DNA of 63,680 nucleotides, the filler included, from Asterionella formosa (taxonomy: Eukaryota): the NCBI GenBank assembly GCA_002256025.1. It is 19 parts of 19 records of this genome, joined end to end, with 100 filler letters (N's around TTAATTAATTAA, not from the genome) between each part and the next. Parts side by side here need not be neighbours in the genome. Positions count along the whole stretch, not along the records: positions 59,735 to 60,983 come from NKIB01003423.1; positions 61,084 to 62,332 come from NKIB01003424.1; positions 62,433 to 63,680 come from NKIB01003426.1; 16 more parts are not named here. One strand, 5' to 3'. This document shows positions 60,859 to 63,680 of the stretch, piece by piece. The translations under genes were made by a program, and so were the position numbers. The notes below the pieces were generated by a model. It did not search any database, was not told the origin of the DNA, and was given only the letters and a program-made list of their open reading frames with translations. Numbering within the stretch: position 1 is the first letter of the stretch; each line of letters begins with the position of its first letter.

Positions 60859-61083
60859 TAGCTGTTGGATCACAGTGGGTCGAAGATTGAAGCCAAGGTT
60901 CATCGTGATGTCACAACCTATGACACCGGTTACCTCCTGGGCACGCAATGACGTGTGGCACCGAATCCAGGTCGATGTTTAGTNNNNNNNNNNNNNNNNN
61001 NNNNNNNNNNNNNNNNNNNNNNNNNNNTTAATTAATTAANNNNNNNNNNNNNNNNNNNNNNNNNNNNNNNNNNNNNNNNNNNN

Positions 61084-61345
61084 ATCATACAATCCTAAAA
61101 CTATGATGATTTACTGTCCCACTGTAATTGCAACAGTCATGAACATATGGTGTTCTATTTGTTTTTAGTTTTACGATCATTTGATCCTAAAACTATGATG
61201 ATTTACTGTCCCAATGTAATTACAACAGTCATAAACATATGGTGTTCTTTTGGTTTTTAATTTCATGATCATACGATCCTAAAAATATGATGATTTACTG
61301 TCCCACTGCAGTAGCAACAGTCCTGAACATCTGGTGTTCTGTTGC
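61084..61345. repeat. Tandem repeat, ~92-bp unit, 3 copies
   Basis: ATCCTAAAAMTATGATGATTTACTGTCCCA.TG.A.T..CAACAGTC.T.AACAT.TGGTGTTCT occurs three times head to tail. Confidence 0.93.
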
Positions 61346-62332
61346 TAGTTTACTACTCCGACTACCCCCAGTATATCACTTACTACCTGCTACTGGTACT
61401 CTGTATATATATATGGTATATTGTTATTGTCATATGATGTACCGGTACACATGAGGAGCTCCCGACCAAAAAAGGGGCTTAAACAATTTGCTACCAAAAC
61501 CCTGGCGGCTATTTAACGGTCTAAATAATTAGTTTCAACGGATGTAGAAAATATCGATGCAAACAAATTTCAGAAACAGTTCCGGTACACGTAGTCGTGG
61601 AAAACAATGGACATATAGTGCATTGAGTATTTTCGAATTATGTATATGCGAGTATGATCATCTCAACCATATCAGATGTTCCATGTCGAGAGCGCGTTTG
61701 AATTTTATAAATGTACAACACTTAATATATATATATATTTACAAATTTTATTTCTATATTCATGGCATATATATATTTTTGAAATCGTTCTGTCATGTTA
61801 ACAAACAATGCCTGCTGCTTCATGAAAAGATACGTCGTAGTAAAGCACATTAAGAGAAAGAAAATTTTCACAATACATAACGAAAAACATTGTGACTTCG
61901 ACACATTGCGCATTCGAAGGATGGAGAATGTTTAAGGTAATGAAGCCATCAATGTGGTAGCTACTTGGATGACAATCGTTGGGAGGCAGGACAACAACAA
62001 ATTGTTAACTAAACGCAGCCACATTTCCTTTTTTCTCAGTTGATTAAACAGCTCGTTTCGCTTGTTGGGGAGCACCAATGTAAAACAAAACCAAATTGCG
62101 TAAGTGCTCTTGTCGCTCGTTGGACCTATTCACTTCTGTTGGAACAAAGCTGACAAAACGTTTACCTTCTCTCAAAGTTAAGATGACAAAAATGTACCGG
62201 TAAGTTTTATTCAACAACATTGGATACCCGAAACTTACTTATTCAAGAATTTACTGACAAGTTACTATTACAGACTTATGCATCAGTTGCATTGATTTGT
62301 GGTAAGTGAAGCAAGAGGATACGATGGAATTG
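61345..62332 (+). repeat. Dispersed repeat family D, copy 2
   Basis: Colinear with 40840-41870. Confidence 0.93.
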
Positions 62333-63680
62333 NNNNNNNNNNNNNNNNNNNNNNNNNNNNNNNNNNNNNNNNNNNNTTAATTAATTAANNNNNNNNNNNN
62401 NNNNNNNNNNNNNNNNNNNNNNNNNNNNNNNNATGGATGGTAAACAGAATAAATCAGACGACTACATAATCAAACGAACATTTTCATGGCTGTCATGATA
62501 TCTAGTCATCAACATTCTATTTTAAAATCACATCCACACATGCAACGAGCTGTTAGAATAGTGGTCGCATGACCAACATACAACTATCACAACATGCTAC
62601 AACCCAAAGTTCACTTTCAATTTTGTTGCATACTGGCTAATATTTCAGAGATTGACGTAATAGCATGGACTTCGGTTGATTGCTGCGATAATCGATCGTC
62701 GCCTCATACAAATGAGCACATACGTAGCTAGCAATGACAAAGGTGAGCCGTGGCAAACTGTAGACCGATCATATGGTTTCGCAATATTTAATGACAAGGA
62801 CAAAGAAAAGTTCATGCCGACAAGATTCTACAACACACCGGTACGTACTGACATGTATGTATGCGCATCCATCAGGTAGGTAGGTACCTGGTACCTCGTA
62901 CCGGTATTTGTACTCCATAATATCATAGTAAGTCATAACTACCGTCCAGAATAATTCTCTATTTATCTACCGGTACATCAATGCTCGATGTCAGGTGCCT
63001 ATCAGGTACCTGTTGCCTGGTACCGGTACATCCAATGCATCACGTACCACCTCAAGCTAAGTACGGTATGAACCATCAGAATCCGTCATCCGTTTTACAC
63101 TGTACAAAAGTATAAAATGCAGGGAGTCATTATTAGGTTTTCCCGCACCTAAAATTCCAAGAACTGAAAAGGAAGTTTAACTTCGTCTGTAGCCTTGTAC
63201 CAACATTTGTCTGTAGGACGAGAAAATATTCTCAATCATTTCCTTAATTTTAGGTGCGGAATAACCTAAAATGACCCTCAGGGGCAATTAATTTAACCTA
63301 AAATTCCCCACCTTCTCCGGACCGAGGTTGAAGCAATAATTGATGGTAAGTAAAAAAGAAACTATAAATAATAAAGGAGCGAATAGAAACGGGTATACTG
63401 GTTGGCTGTTTGGTACTGTATAGCAGGACCTTTTGACGTGTACAAGACCATTGGCTGAGATCGAAAATTGTATGCAAGAATTTATCTACATTTGTCATGC
63501 CGGAACTAATAAATACTACTCCTATGTAATTATATGTCATATATCTGGTACTGACTAGTGCGGTACTGAAACAGTATGAATGCTTTGTCCCGCAAATTAT
63601 TCATGCATGGCTGAAAAACTACATGAGATTTCTACAACAAATCTGATCAACATACCCGGTATACTTTTGTGAAACGTCGC

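Noticed and set aside
61084..61345. CRISPR array
   Set aside because: Whole units repeat with no unique spacers, there are no cas genes, and the context is eukaryotic. The same applies to 46245-46920 and 27319-27500.
40740..62432. Regularly spaced TTAATTAATTAA as a CRISPR-like or biological array
   Set aside because: It is always centred in N44 blocks and is a six-frame-stop assembly linker.

Overview
Eukaryotic, AT-rich DNA that looks like a diatom (inferred from diatom-type Copia, Plavaka and Harbinger elements, ~76-nt GT-AG introns and a diatom-like orphan gene). It is not one locus. Eighteen artificial 100-bp linkers (N44-TTAATTAATTAA-N44) join two ~20-kb contigs and seventeen ~1.25-kb contigs, so adjacency across linkers means nothing. 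Host genes: Sin3 corepressor, AP-4 epsilon adaptin, the 3' end of a CDIN1/C15orf41-like gene, a 275-aa orphan, a three-exon tail-anchored protein gene that the ORF track misses, an LRR+ARM fragment and a few partial ORFs. The rest is mostly transposon-derived: Copia (3 pieces, one with a 3' LTR), Gypsy, Plavaka, a PIF/Harbinger element with its MITE, a Stowaway-like MITE, nested TTAA-targeting Kolobok-like elements with a P2X7-ballast/KolX-like ORF, and a TA-targeting family with CCWG ends. Most notable: (1) the abundant TACCGGTA/TACCWGGTA/TACTA/TAGTA words look like accumulated excision footprints of that TA-targeting family, supported by TA-duplicating indels between repeat copies; (2) two TTAA families keep a ~120-nt subterminal hairpin in the same position despite diverged sequence. 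All alignments were done by eye and family assignments come from recalled motifs, not database searches.
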